Source: an uncultured delta proteobacterium
Lineage (GTDB): Bacteria > Myxococcota > UBA727 > VGSZ01
Direction of reading: 5' to 3'
Length of the DNA: 64,000 nucleotides
Assembly (NCBI GenBank): GCA_963775425.1
Contig: CAVZJB010000004.1
Location: 32,001-96,000 of the forward strand
This document shows, one piece after another, positions 56,314 to 64,000 of the stretch; the first letter of the stretch is position 1, and every line of letters starts with the position of its first letter. Under the pieces are notes generated by a model. It saw only the letters and a list, made by a program, of their open reading frames with translations. It did not search any database and had not been told where the DNA came from. Position numbers and translations under genes: made by a program.

Positions 56314-57630
56314 CTACTCGCGCATGAAGCGGCTCGGGTCTTCCTTTATCTCCGCGGCCTTCTTCTTGCGGTACTCCTCGTGGACATCGTCGGCGAGGGC
56401 CTTTTCGGTCGCGAGCCGCCGCTTCTCCTCCGCGAGGACGGCGTCGGCCGCGTGGTGCAGGTCGATGTGCACGCTGTGGCCCTGGCCGTCGGACACCACG
56501 CGAGCCTCGGGCTCGATGCCGGCGTGCGCGCGCACCAGGCGCTTCTGGTTTTCGTCGAGGTAGTCGTAGGCGCCCTTGATGATCATCAGCTTGAAGAAGA
56601 TGGGCCCCGCCTCGATGCACAGGAGCAGGAGCATGATGGCGATGGGGATCCAGCCGCCAATCTCGTGCGAGATCTGGATGCGCTTCATGAGCCCGTCGAG
56701 GTGGCGGGCGACCTTCTCGTTGCTCGCCTTGTTGCGCGCGAGCTTCTCGGAGAGCGTCTCGAGCTTGGCCTTCACCTCCTTCAGCTCGTCGGAGGCGCTC
56801 TGGTTCTTCTTGACGAGGCCGGCGCGGTCACGCTCGAGGTCGGCCTCGAGCGCGTCGAGGTTGTTCTTCTTGTCCTGCCACGCGGGCCCGCGCCCGGGGA
56901 CGCCGGAGTGCGTCTTGCCCTCGGCCTCGAGCTCGAGCTTGCGCCGCTGCTGGTTGATCTCGACGCGCCTCTTCTCGAGCGAGGCCTCGTTGTCGTCGAG
57001 GCGCTTCTGGAGGCCGTCCGCGCGCTCGCGCAACTGCTTGCGCTCGCTGCCGACGAGCGCCTCGGACTGCGTGTTGAGCGCGGCGAGGTACTCGTTTTGC
57101 TCCTTCTCGAGAGACGCCTCGATCTCGCTTTCGAGGATGCGGATCTCGAGGGGCTTGGAAAGGCAGAGCCCGATGATGATCGCCATGACCAGGCGCGGCA
57201 GCGCGTTCACGAACTCCGACCAGGTGATCTTGTCGGTGCCGTCGCCCTTGCCCGTCGACGAGATGATGAAGCGGTCGATGTTGAAGATGATGAGCGACCA
57301 CACGAGGCCGAAGCCGACGGACATCGCCACCGACGGCCAGTGGATGGGCTGGGTGCCGAGCGCCGTCGTGTCCTTCGGGGAGAACACCGTGTAGAACGCG
57401 TACGACCCCGAGAGGAACGCGAGGACGCCGACGGTGAGCACCACGCCGCCGAGCCCCTGAAACTTCACGCGGTCGCTGTTGGGGCAGCGGATGAGGAGCT
57501 GCGGGTCGCCGCCCGCGCAGAACCACAACAGGCGCGTGAAGACGCCGACGTCCTTGAGGCTGCCGTAGTGGTAGCGGTCCTGGCTGGGCGGCGGGGGCGT
57601 GGGAGCGGGCGTCGCTTGCGTGGTGGTCAT
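56314..57630 (-). CDS. DUF4407 domain membrane/coiled-coil protein
   Basis: LLWFCAGGD...DRVKFQGLG, IIFNIDRFIISS, PRLVMAIIIG..SKPLE, long coiled coil, IEAGPIFFKL. Confidence 0.88.
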   Translation of the reverse strand: MTTTQATPAPTPPPPSQDRYHYGSLKDVGVFTRLLWFCAGGDPQLLIRCPNSDRVKFQGLGGVVLTVGVLAFLSGSYAFYTVFSPKDTTALGTQPIHWPSVAMSVGFGLVWSLIIFNIDRFIISSTGKGDGTDKITWSEFVNALPRLVMAIIIGLCLSKPLEIRILESEIEASLEKEQNEYLAALNTQSEALVGSERKQLRERADGLQKRLDDNEASLEKRRVEINQQRRKLELEAEGKTHSGVPGRGPAWQDKKNNLDALEADLERDRAGLVKKNQSASDELKEVKAKLETLSEKLARNKASNEKVARHLDGLMKRIQISHEIGGWIPIAIMLLLLCIEAGPIFFKLMIIKGAYDYLDENQKRLVRAHAGIEPEARVVSDGQGHSVHIDLHHAADAVLAEEKRRLATEKALADDVHEEYRKKKAAEIKEDPSRFMRE

Positions 57631-58007
57631 CGGTGTTCCTCCCCGAGGTCGACGGCGAACGAGAACGGTTTGCGGACGAGGGCGCCGAGCGCGACGCGCC
57701 AGCGCGGCAGGCGGGCGCGAGCGGCGACGCGAGCGGCCGGGACGGCGACGCGCGCGGGCGGCGCGGAGACGCGGGCCGGCGCGGGCGCGACGACGACGAG
57801 GCGGAGCTCGCGCGCGTCCGAGCCGACGCCGCGCGCGACGACGCGGATGACGGGGGCGGCGGCGACGGCGACGAAGCCGTCGAAGCGGCGCCGGACGAAG
57901 CGGCGCGTGTCGCCTACGGTGAGAAAGCCGGTGCCCTCGACGAGGACGCGGACGGCGGTGGTGCCGGCGAGGGCGACGCCGGGGTGCTGGACGTCGAGGA
58001 TCTTCAT
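57627..58007 (-). CDS. Small basic hypothetical protein
   Basis: ATGA overlaps with both neighbours. Confidence 0.65.
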   Translation of the reverse strand: MKILDVQHPGVALAGTTAVRVLVEGTGFLTVGDTRRFVRRRFDGFVAVAAAPVIRVVARGVGSDARELRLVVVAPAPARVSAPPARVAVPAARVAARARLPRWRVALGALVRKPFSFAVDLGEEHR

Positions 58008-59539
58008 GTGCAGTCCACGATGATGTCGACGCGGCGGTTCTTCTCCTGGTGCGGAGAGTCGGGGCCGACGACGGCGTCGCGCGAGCCGCGGCCTTCGACA
58101 CGGATGTTGTCTCGTTTGACGGCGCGGTCCTCGAGGAGGACGTGGGCGACGCTCCGCGCGCGGCGCACGCTGAGGGCGTCGTTGTAGCGCTCGCTGCCGG
58201 TGAAGTCGGTGTGGCCGATGACGTCGATCATGAAGCCTCTCTCGGCGTGGGCGTGCAGGAGCGCCGAGAGCTTCTTGAGCGTCGCGTACGAGTCCGCGCG
58301 CGGGTCGGCGACGTCGTGGTCGAAGAGCACGTCGCCGGCGAGCGTCAGCCGCTGGCCGCACTGAAAGAACCGCTCCGGATGCGCGAGCGCTTCGTCGACG
58401 TCCATCCCCGGCGCGCCCGCCGGGCTCGAGGGGGGCGCGCCGCCGCCGCCGCTCGTCGTCGCGTCACCCACGCCCGCCCCGCCGCCCGCGCCGCCGTTCG
58501 CGCCGTTCGCACCGCCAGCGCCGCCAGCGCCGCCCGCGCCCGCGCCGCCGTTCGCGCCGCCCGCGCCCGCGCCGCCGTTTGCGTTCGTGGCGCCCGCGCC
58601 CGCGCCGCCGTTCGCGTTCGCGCCGCCCGCGCCGCCGTTCGCGCCCGCGCCGCCGTTCGCGCCGCCCGCGCCGCCCATACCCGCGCCGCCGTTCGCGCCG
58701 TTCGCGCCGTTCGCGCCGCCCGCGCCGCCGTTCGCACCGCCAGCGCCGCCAGCGCCGCCCGTGCCCGCGCCGCCGTTCGCGCCGCCCGCGCCGCCCGCGC
58801 CCGCGCCGCCCGCGCCGCAGCCGCCGCCCGCGCCGTTCGCGCCGTTCGCGCCGCCCGCGCCGTTCGCGCCGCCCGCGCCGCAGCCGCCGCCCGCGCCGCC
58901 AGCGCCGCCGCCCGCGCCGCCAGCGCCCCAGCCGCCGCCCGCGCCGCAGCCGCCGCCCGACGTGCCCGCGGGGTCGGCGGGGCATTCGCACAGCCCCGCG
59001 GCGTCGGCGCCGCGCTGCAGGGCGTGGCCGACGACGTGCTCGGCGCCGGCGACGGAGGCGAGCGGGGCGCAGGTCGGCGCCAGCAACGCCGTCAGCAGGA
59101 GCAGGAGCAACAGCGGCAGCAGGAGCACGAGCAACCAGAACAGGCACCCGTGGCGCGGCTTGAGCACGCGCGCGTAGATGGTGCCGCGGAGGATGCCGTG
59201 GGCGCGGGCGAGGTCGTCGAGGAGGGGCTCCTCGGTCCAGTCGAGCACGTGGACGTCCTCGAGGACGAGGTCGTGCACTACGGGGTTGCCACCGTCGTCG
59301 CGGGCGCCGAGCTCCACCCACGCGGGCAGGCGCGCCTGGCGGATGGGCGGCTTCGTCGACGACATCGGCGGCGGCGGCGACGCATGCGCCCCCCGCACCG
59401 CGCCGTGCAACAGCGCCAGCTCGAGGACCCGCGCCCCCGGCGCCCCCACGACGTGCATGGCGGACTTCCCCGACGCTTCGTAATGCCCCTCGAAGCTCCC
59501 CACGATCCAGCCGCCGGTGGCGACGACCTGCTTGTTCAC
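58004..59539 (-). CDS. Single-TM protein with a Gly/Ala linker and C-terminal OmpA/MotB-like peptidoglycan-binding domain
   Basis: GDVLFDHD, VIGHTDFTGS, LSVRRARSV, NRRVDI; TM GCLFWLLVLLL. Confidence 0.88.
   Translation of the reverse strand: MNKQVVATGGWIVGSFEGHYEASGKSAMHVVGAPGARVLELALLHGAVRGAHASPPPPMSSTKPPIRQARLPAWVELGARDDGGNPVVHDLVLEDVHVLDWTEEPLLDDLARAHGILRGTIYARVLKPRHGCLFWLLVLLLPLLLLLLLTALLAPTCAPLASVAGAEHVVGHALQRGADAAGLCECPADPAGTSGGGCGAGGGWGAGGAGGGAGGAGGGCGAGGANGAGGANGANGAGGGCGAGGAGAGGAGGANGGAGTGGAGGAGGANGGAGGANGANGANGGAGMGGAGGANGGAGANGGAGGANANGGAGAGATNANGGAGAGGANGGAGAGGAGGAGGANGANGGAGGGAGVGDATTSGGGGAPPSSPAGAPGMDVDEALAHPERFFQCGQRLTLAGDVLFDHDVADPRADSYATLKKLSALLHAHAERGFMIDVIGHTDFTGSERYNDALSVRRARSVAHVLLEDRAVKRDNIRVEGRGSRDAVVGPDSPHQEKNRRVDIIVDCT
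58440..58960 (-). repeat. Low-complexity GGAGGANG-type repeat region
   Basis: CGCCGTTCG/CGCCGCCCG-type repeats within the OmpA-domain gene. Confidence 0.85.
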
Positions 59540-60129
59540 GGACGCTCGAGTGAGAAGCGCTCGCCGAGCTTGGCGAACCAGTGCTGGCCGAGCCGCGCCA
59601 CGGGAGCCACGGCGTGGGGCGACGCGTGGTTGTCCTCGAGCAGCTCGTCGGCGACGTAGAACGCCGCCACCTCACAGACGCAGAGGTTCACCTTGCTCTT
59701 GCGGCCGTAGCGATGCACGTCGACGAGCCTGCACTCGAGCGCCGCCCGCGAGGACTTCACGCGCACGCAGTCGATCGCCGCGCACGGCTCCGTCTCGACG
59801 TCGAGCGCTTCGATCTCGCTCACGTGCGGAGGCATGTCCGCCGAGCTCGCGTTCATGACGACGGCGTCAGGCTCTTCGACGAGGTTGATACACAGCACGC
59901 CGGTCTCCTCCGCGATGCGCACCGTATCTTTACGTGTCCCGTCCCTACGATCGGAGACCGCGATCGTAACCATGGGCGGATCCGCGCAAACGCCGTTGAA
60001 GTAGGAGAAGGGCGCGAGGTTGGTGCGCCCCTCCCTGTCCCGCGTCGACACCCACGCGATGGGCCGCGGGACGATGATCGACGTCATCAAGGCGTACGTG
60101 TCGCGCGGACGAAGACCCTGGAGAATCAC
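59536..60129 (-). CDS. Flavin reductase-like (DIM6/NTAB) protein
   Basis: IVPRPIAWVST, NLAPFSYFN, KDT, LEC, VARLG. Confidence 0.92.
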   Translation of the reverse strand: MILQGLRPRDTYALMTSIIVPRPIAWVSTRDREGRTNLAPFSYFNGVCADPPMVTIAVSDRRDGTRKDTVRIAEETGVLCINLVEEPDAVVMNASSADMPPHVSEIEALDVETEPCAAIDCVRVKSSRAALECRLVDVHRYGRKSKVNLCVCEVAAFYVADELLEDNHASPHAVAPVARLGQHWFAKLGERFSLERP

Positions 60130-60683
60130 ACCTCCATGATCTCCTTCTCTTTGGCGGCGAGCATGTCGTCGATGCGCTTCACGAACGCGTCGGTCTGATC
60201 CTGCACGCTCTTGAGGCCGCGCTTCTCGTCGTCCTGCGTGATGCTGCCGTCCTTGGACGCTTCCTTCAGCATCTCGTTGGCGTCACGCCGCACGCCGCGC
60301 ACGGCGACCTTGGCGTCCTCGCACTTGGTCTTCGAGAGCTTGACGTACTCCTTGCGGCGCTCCGTCGACAGCGGCGGCATCGGGACGCGGATGAGCTCGC
60401 CGTCGTTGTTCGGGTTGAAGCCCAGGTTGGCTTCGACGATGGCCTTCTCGATGTCCTTGATGATGCGCTTCTCGAACGGCTTGATGACGAGGAGGCGCGC
60501 GTCCTGCGCCGACACCGTGGCCACCTGGTTCAGCGGCGTGGGCGTGTCGTAGTAGTTGACGCGGACGCCGTCGAGCATCGACGGGTTGGCGCGGCCGGTG
60601 CGGATGGTGGCCATCTGCTTCTTCAAAGCGTCGATGGCCTTCTCCATGTTGTCTTTGGCGTCTTTGATGATGTCGTCGAGCAT
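60126..60683 (-). CDS. frr: Ribosome recycling factor
   Basis: IRTGRANP, YYDTPTPLNQVA, PPLSTERRKE, KEKEIMEV. Confidence 0.97.
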   Translation of the reverse strand: MLDDIIKDAKDNMEKAIDALKKQMATIRTGRANPSMLDGVRVNYYDTPTPLNQVATVSAQDARLLVIKPFEKRIIKDIEKAIVEANLGFNPNNDGELIRVPMPPLSTERRKEYVKLSKTKCEDAKVAVRGVRRDANEMLKEASKDGSITQDDEKRGLKSVQDQTDAFVKRIDDMLAAKEKEIMEV

Positions 60684-60694
60684 GATGCGTCCTC

Positions 60695-61474
60695 CTACCG
60701 CGTCTCGCCGTCCGCGACCACCAGGGTGCCCACGGGCTCCCCTTTGACGGCGCGGGTGACGTTGCCCTTCGCGTGCATCGAGAACACGAGGATGGGCATG
60801 TTGTTGTCCATGCAGAGCGAGAGCGCCGTGGCGTCCATCACCTTGAGCTCCTTCTTCAGGGCGTCGATGAAGCGGACGCGGGTGAAGCGCGTGGCGTTCG
60901 GGTGGGTCTTCGGGTCGGCGTCGTAGACGCCGTCGACGTTGGTGGCCTTCATGATGACGTCGGCGCAGATCTCGTTGCCCCGGAGCGCGGCCGCGGTGTC
61001 CGTGGTGAAGTACGGGTTGCCCGTGCCCGCCGCGAAGATCACCACGCGGCCCTTCTCGAGATGCCGGATGGCGCGCCGGCGGATGTACGGCTCGGCGACC
61101 TCCTGCATGTTGATGGCGGACTGCACGCGGGTGTGGACGCCGGCGCGCTCGAGCCCGTCCTGCAGCGCCATCGCGTTCATGACCGTGGCGAGCATGCCCA
61201 TGTAGTCGGCGGCCGCGCGATCCATGCCGCTCGCCGACGCCTTCACGCCCCGAAAGATGTTGCCGCCGCCGATGACGATGGCGAGCTGCACGCCGAGCCC
61301 CGTGACCTCCACGATCTCCGCGGCGATCTTGTCGATGACGGCGGGGTCGATGCCGTAGCCCTGGGATCCCTGCAGGGCTTCCCCGGAGAGCTTCAACAGC
61401 ACGCGCCCATATTTGCAGCCGGGCGGCGGTTCGATCCGGGCGGCGGGCCCTTCGGAGGAGCGGATGTCGGCCAT
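60695..61474 (-). CDS. pyrH: UMP kinase
   Basis: [43 protein letters not shown]. Confidence 0.97.
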   Translation of the reverse strand: MADIRSSEGPAARIEPPPGCKYGRVLLKLSGEALQGSQGYGIDPAVIDKIAAEIVEVTGLGVQLAIVIGGGNIFRGVKASASGMDRAAADYMGMLATVMNAMALQDGLERAGVHTRVQSAINMQEVAEPYIRRRAIRHLEKGRVVIFAAGTGNPYFTTDTAAALRGNEICADVIMKATNVDGVYDADPKTHPNATRFTRVRFIDALKKELKVMDATALSLCMDNNMPILVFSMHAKGNVTRAVKGEPVGTLVVADGETR

Positions 61475-61584
61475 GCGCCCGCGTACCACGCCGCCGGGAA
61501 CGGCACGAGCCGCCCCGCCGAACCGCCGTGTCCCCGCCGGCCGGGGACGGGCTGAACATTTGATGCGTGGCGTCCGTTCAGGTA

Positions 61585-61600
61585 CTGTACCCATGTACAG
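61585..61600. promoter_or_regulatory. Putative LexA operator CTGTAC-N4-GTACAG
   Basis: Perfect palindrome 10 bp before the lexA ATG, resembling the Myxococcus LexA box. Additional half-sites CTGAAC (61552) and GTTCAG (61576). Confidence 0.65.
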
Positions 61601-61610
61601 GGGAGCAGCA

Positions 61611-62291
61611 ATGACCGAGGCCGAAGAGCTCACCGACCGCCAGCAGCGCGTGCTGCACTTCATCGAGACGCAGATCCGCAAGAACGGCTACCCGCCCACC
61701 ATCCGCGAGATCGGGCGGCACCTCGGCATCAAGAGCACCAACGGCGTCAACGACCACCTCAACGCGCTCGAGCGCAAGGGCTACGTCAAGCGGCAGGACC
61801 ACAAGTCGCGCACGCTCGCCGTCGTCAAGGCGCACGAGGACGACGGGGACGACCGGCTGCCCGGGCTGTCGTCGGGCGGCCCCGACGACGACATGGTCGA
61901 GGTGCCGCTCTTCGGCCGCGTCGCCGCGGGCGCGCCGCTGCTCGCCGTCGACAACCGCGAGGACACCGTGCGGGTCTCGAGCTTCTTCCTCGGGCGCGGG
62001 CACAAGTCCGAGAAGATCTTCGCGCTCCGCGTCGTCGGCGAGTCCATGATCGACGACGGCATCTTCGACGGGGACTTCCTCTTCGTGAAGAAGCAGCCCA
62101 CGGCGCGCCCCGGCGAGATCGTCGTCGCGATGATCGAGGGGGAGGCCACGGTCAAGCGCTTCTTCCCGGAGGGCGACCGGATCCGCTTCCAGCCGGCCAA
62201 CGCCCACATGGAGCCCATCTTCGTCGACAAAAAGCAGTTCCGGCAGACCGACATCCTCGGGGTGGTGGTCGGCGTGTACCGCCGGGTCTGA
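61611..62291 (+). CDS. lexA: SOS repressor LexA
   Basis: [22 protein letters not shown] cleavage site, GESM and TVKR catalytic residues. Confidence 0.96.
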   Translation: MTEAEELTDRQQRVLHFIETQIRKNGYPPTIREIGRHLGIKSTNGVNDHLNALERKGYVKRQDHKSRTLAVVKAHEDDGDDRLPGLSSGGPDDDMVEVPLFGRVAAGAPLLAVDNREDTVRVSSFFLGRGHKSEKIFALRVVGESMIDDGIFDGDFLFVKKQPTARPGEIVVAMIEGEATVKRFFPEGDRIRFQPANAHMEPIFVDKKQFRQTDILGVVVGVYRRV

Positions 62292-62354
62292 GGCGCGAGC
62301 CCCGGACGCCGGCGGTTTGACCGCGTCGGAGTCGCAGGGATACCGTCGAGGGCG

Positions 62355-64000
62355 ATGAGACAGTTCCTCGACATCATCATGCAGGGCGACCTCGTCACGG
62401 TGTTGCGCCGCTACGCGGACATCGCGCTCGCCGTGCTCGTGATCGCCGTGGTCGCGATGATGATCGTGCCGGTGCCCACGCACCTCATCGACGTGATGTT
62501 GGTCATCAACATCTCGATCTCGATGATCATGCTGCTCATCTCGATGTACATCCCCGACGCGCTCAAGCTCGCGTCGTTCCCCACCATCATCCTCGTCACC
62601 ACCATGTTCCGCTTGTCACTGAACGTCTCGGTGACGCGCCACATCCTCCTCGACGCCGACGCCGGCGAGGTGGTGCGGTCCTTCGGTCAGTTCGTCGTCC
62701 AGGGCAACTTCGTCGTCGGCGTGGTGATCTTCCTCGTCTTGATGTTGATCAACTTCCTCGTCATCTCCAAGGGCTCCGAGCGCGTCGCCGAGGTGGCCGC
62801 GCGCTTCACCCTGGACGCGATGCCCGGCAAGCAGATGTCCATCGACGCCGACCTCCGCGCCGGCGCGTTCGACCTCGACGAGGCCCGCAAGAAGCGCAAC
62901 GACCTCGGGCGCGAGTCACAGCTCTTCGGCTCCATGGACGGCGCCATGAAGTTCGTGAAGGGCGACTCCATCGCGGGCCTCATCATCGTCGCCGTCAACA
63001 TCATCGCGGGCATCATCATCGGCGTCACGCAGCGCGAGATGACGGCGAACGAGGCCCTCGAGACCTACGCCATCCTCACCATCGGCGACGGCCTCGTCGA
63101 GATCATCCCCGCCCTCCTCATGTCCATCTGCGCGGGCCTCATCGTGACGCGCGTGGCCTCCGAGGAGGAGGACGCCAACCTCGGTATGGACCTCGCCACG
63201 CAGGTGTTCGCCCAGCCCAAGGCGTTCATCATCGCGGGCATCTTCGTCACGCTCCTCGCGCTCGTCCCCGGCCTGCCCGGCGTGCCGTTCTCCATCGCGG
63301 GCGCCGGCATCATCGGCCTGTGGTACGGCCTCGATCGCGCGCGCAAGGCCAAGGAGGGCGGGCTCAACCCCTCCGCCGTCGTCGAGCAGCGCGAGGAGAA
63401 GGCGGCCGAGGAGAAGAAGACGGCGGTGCAGAAGGCGCGGGCGCAGGAAGGCCAGAGCTCGCAGATGATGCCGGTGGTCACGCCCATCGCGCTCGAGGTG
63501 GCGGCGGACCTCGTGCCCCTCGTCGACGACACGACGGGCTCGAACTTCCTGAACGAGCTCATCCCCATGATGCGCGACGGCTTGTTCTACGAGCTCGGCG
63601 TGCGCTTCCCCGGCTTGCGTGTGCGCGGCAACGAGGGCGACCTGCCGCCGGGCAGCTACATCATCATGATCAACGAGATCCCGTTGGTGATGGGCTCCGT
63701 CGACAAGGCCAAGTGCCTCGTCAACGACACGCCGGACCGCCTGCGCCTGCTGGGCATCGAGGCCGAGCCCGCGCAAAACCCCGCCAACGGCAACGCCTGC
63801 GGCTGGATCTCGAACGACCAGCGCAAGCTCGCCGAGGACGCCGGGCTCACCACGTGGGACGCGCCCGGCTACATCGTGCTCCACCTGAGCGCGGTGCTCC
63901 GGAAGAACTCCGCCGAGTTCGTCGGCATCCAGGAGACGCAGAACATGCTCGAGCAGCTCGAGCAGGCGTTCCCCGCTTTGGTGAAGGAGGTCGTGCCCAA
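62355..64000 (+). CDS. sctV: Type III secretion export apparatus subunit SctV (FHIPEP family), partial
   Basis: Read directly from the DNA: MRQFLDIIM...FPTIILVTTMFRLSLN...KGSERVAEVAARFTLDAMPGKQMSIDADL...QLFGSMDGAMKFVKGD; open to the window end. Confidence 0.9.
   Translation, partial: MRQFLDIIMQGDLVTVLRRYADIALAVLVIAVVAMMIVPVPTHLIDVMLVINISISMIMLLISMYIPDALKLASFPTIILVTTMFRLSLNVSVTRHILLDADAGEVVRSFGQFVVQGNFVVGVVIFLVLMLINFLVISKGSERVAEVAARFTLDAMPGKQMSIDADLRAGAFDLDEARKKRNDLGRESQLFGSMDGAMKFVKGDSIAGLIIVAVNIIAGIIIGVTQREMTANEALETYAILTIGDGLVEIIPALLMSICAGLIVTRVASEEEDANLGMDLATQVFAQPKAFIIAGIFVTLLALVPGLPGVPFSIAGAGIIGLWYGLDRARKAKEGGLNPSAVVEQREEKAAEEKKTAVQKARAQEGQSSQMMPVVTPIALEVAADLVPLVDDTTGSNFLNELIPMMRDGLFYELGVRFPGLRVRGNEGDLPPGSYIIMINEIPLVMGSVDKAKCLVNDTPDRLRLLGIEAEPAQNPANGNACGWISNDQRKLAEDAGLTTWDAPGYIVLHLSAVLRKNSAEFVGIQETQNMLEQLEQAFPALVKEVVP

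Noticed and set aside
55017-59539. Direct assignment as Zorya (ZorAB) or MotAB
   Set aside because: Gene order and topology differ, there is no ZorC/D/E-like gene, and no conserved Asp is apparent in the TM of the OmpA-domain protein. Kept as an analogy only.

Overview
High-GC bacterial chromosome segment whose gene content points to Myxococcota: four Hanks-type Ser/Thr kinases, FHA proteins, an FHA-sigma54 activator, a MYXO-CTERM-like protein, an ECF/anti-sigma/caspase cassette and a T3SS SctV. Housekeeping genes include phoH, an argF-like transcarbamylase, murA, nrdJ, accC, clpB, frr, pyrH and lexA. No rRNA, tRNA, CRISPR array, transposase or integrase is visible. The main items of interest are: (1) a translationally coupled membrane operon of unknown function (TM-OmpA protein, small protein, two DUF4407-type paralogues, followed by a GH25 muramidase) fused behind pyrH-frr; (2) an apparently complete kinase-STAND / FHA-sigma54 activator circuit, with a consensus -24/-12 promoter, paired upstream sites and three target genes; (3) an ECF-caspase cassette with twin divergent GATCG-N16-CCGTAC promoter-like motifs; (4) a dispersed REP-like element at gene 3' ends; (5) MurA with Asp at the fosfomycin-target Cys, a transcarbamylase with non-canonical acceptor motifs, tandem NrdR boxes, and a LexA box ahead of lexA-sctV. 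All family calls come from motif recognition by eye, not database searches, and many start codons are best estimates.
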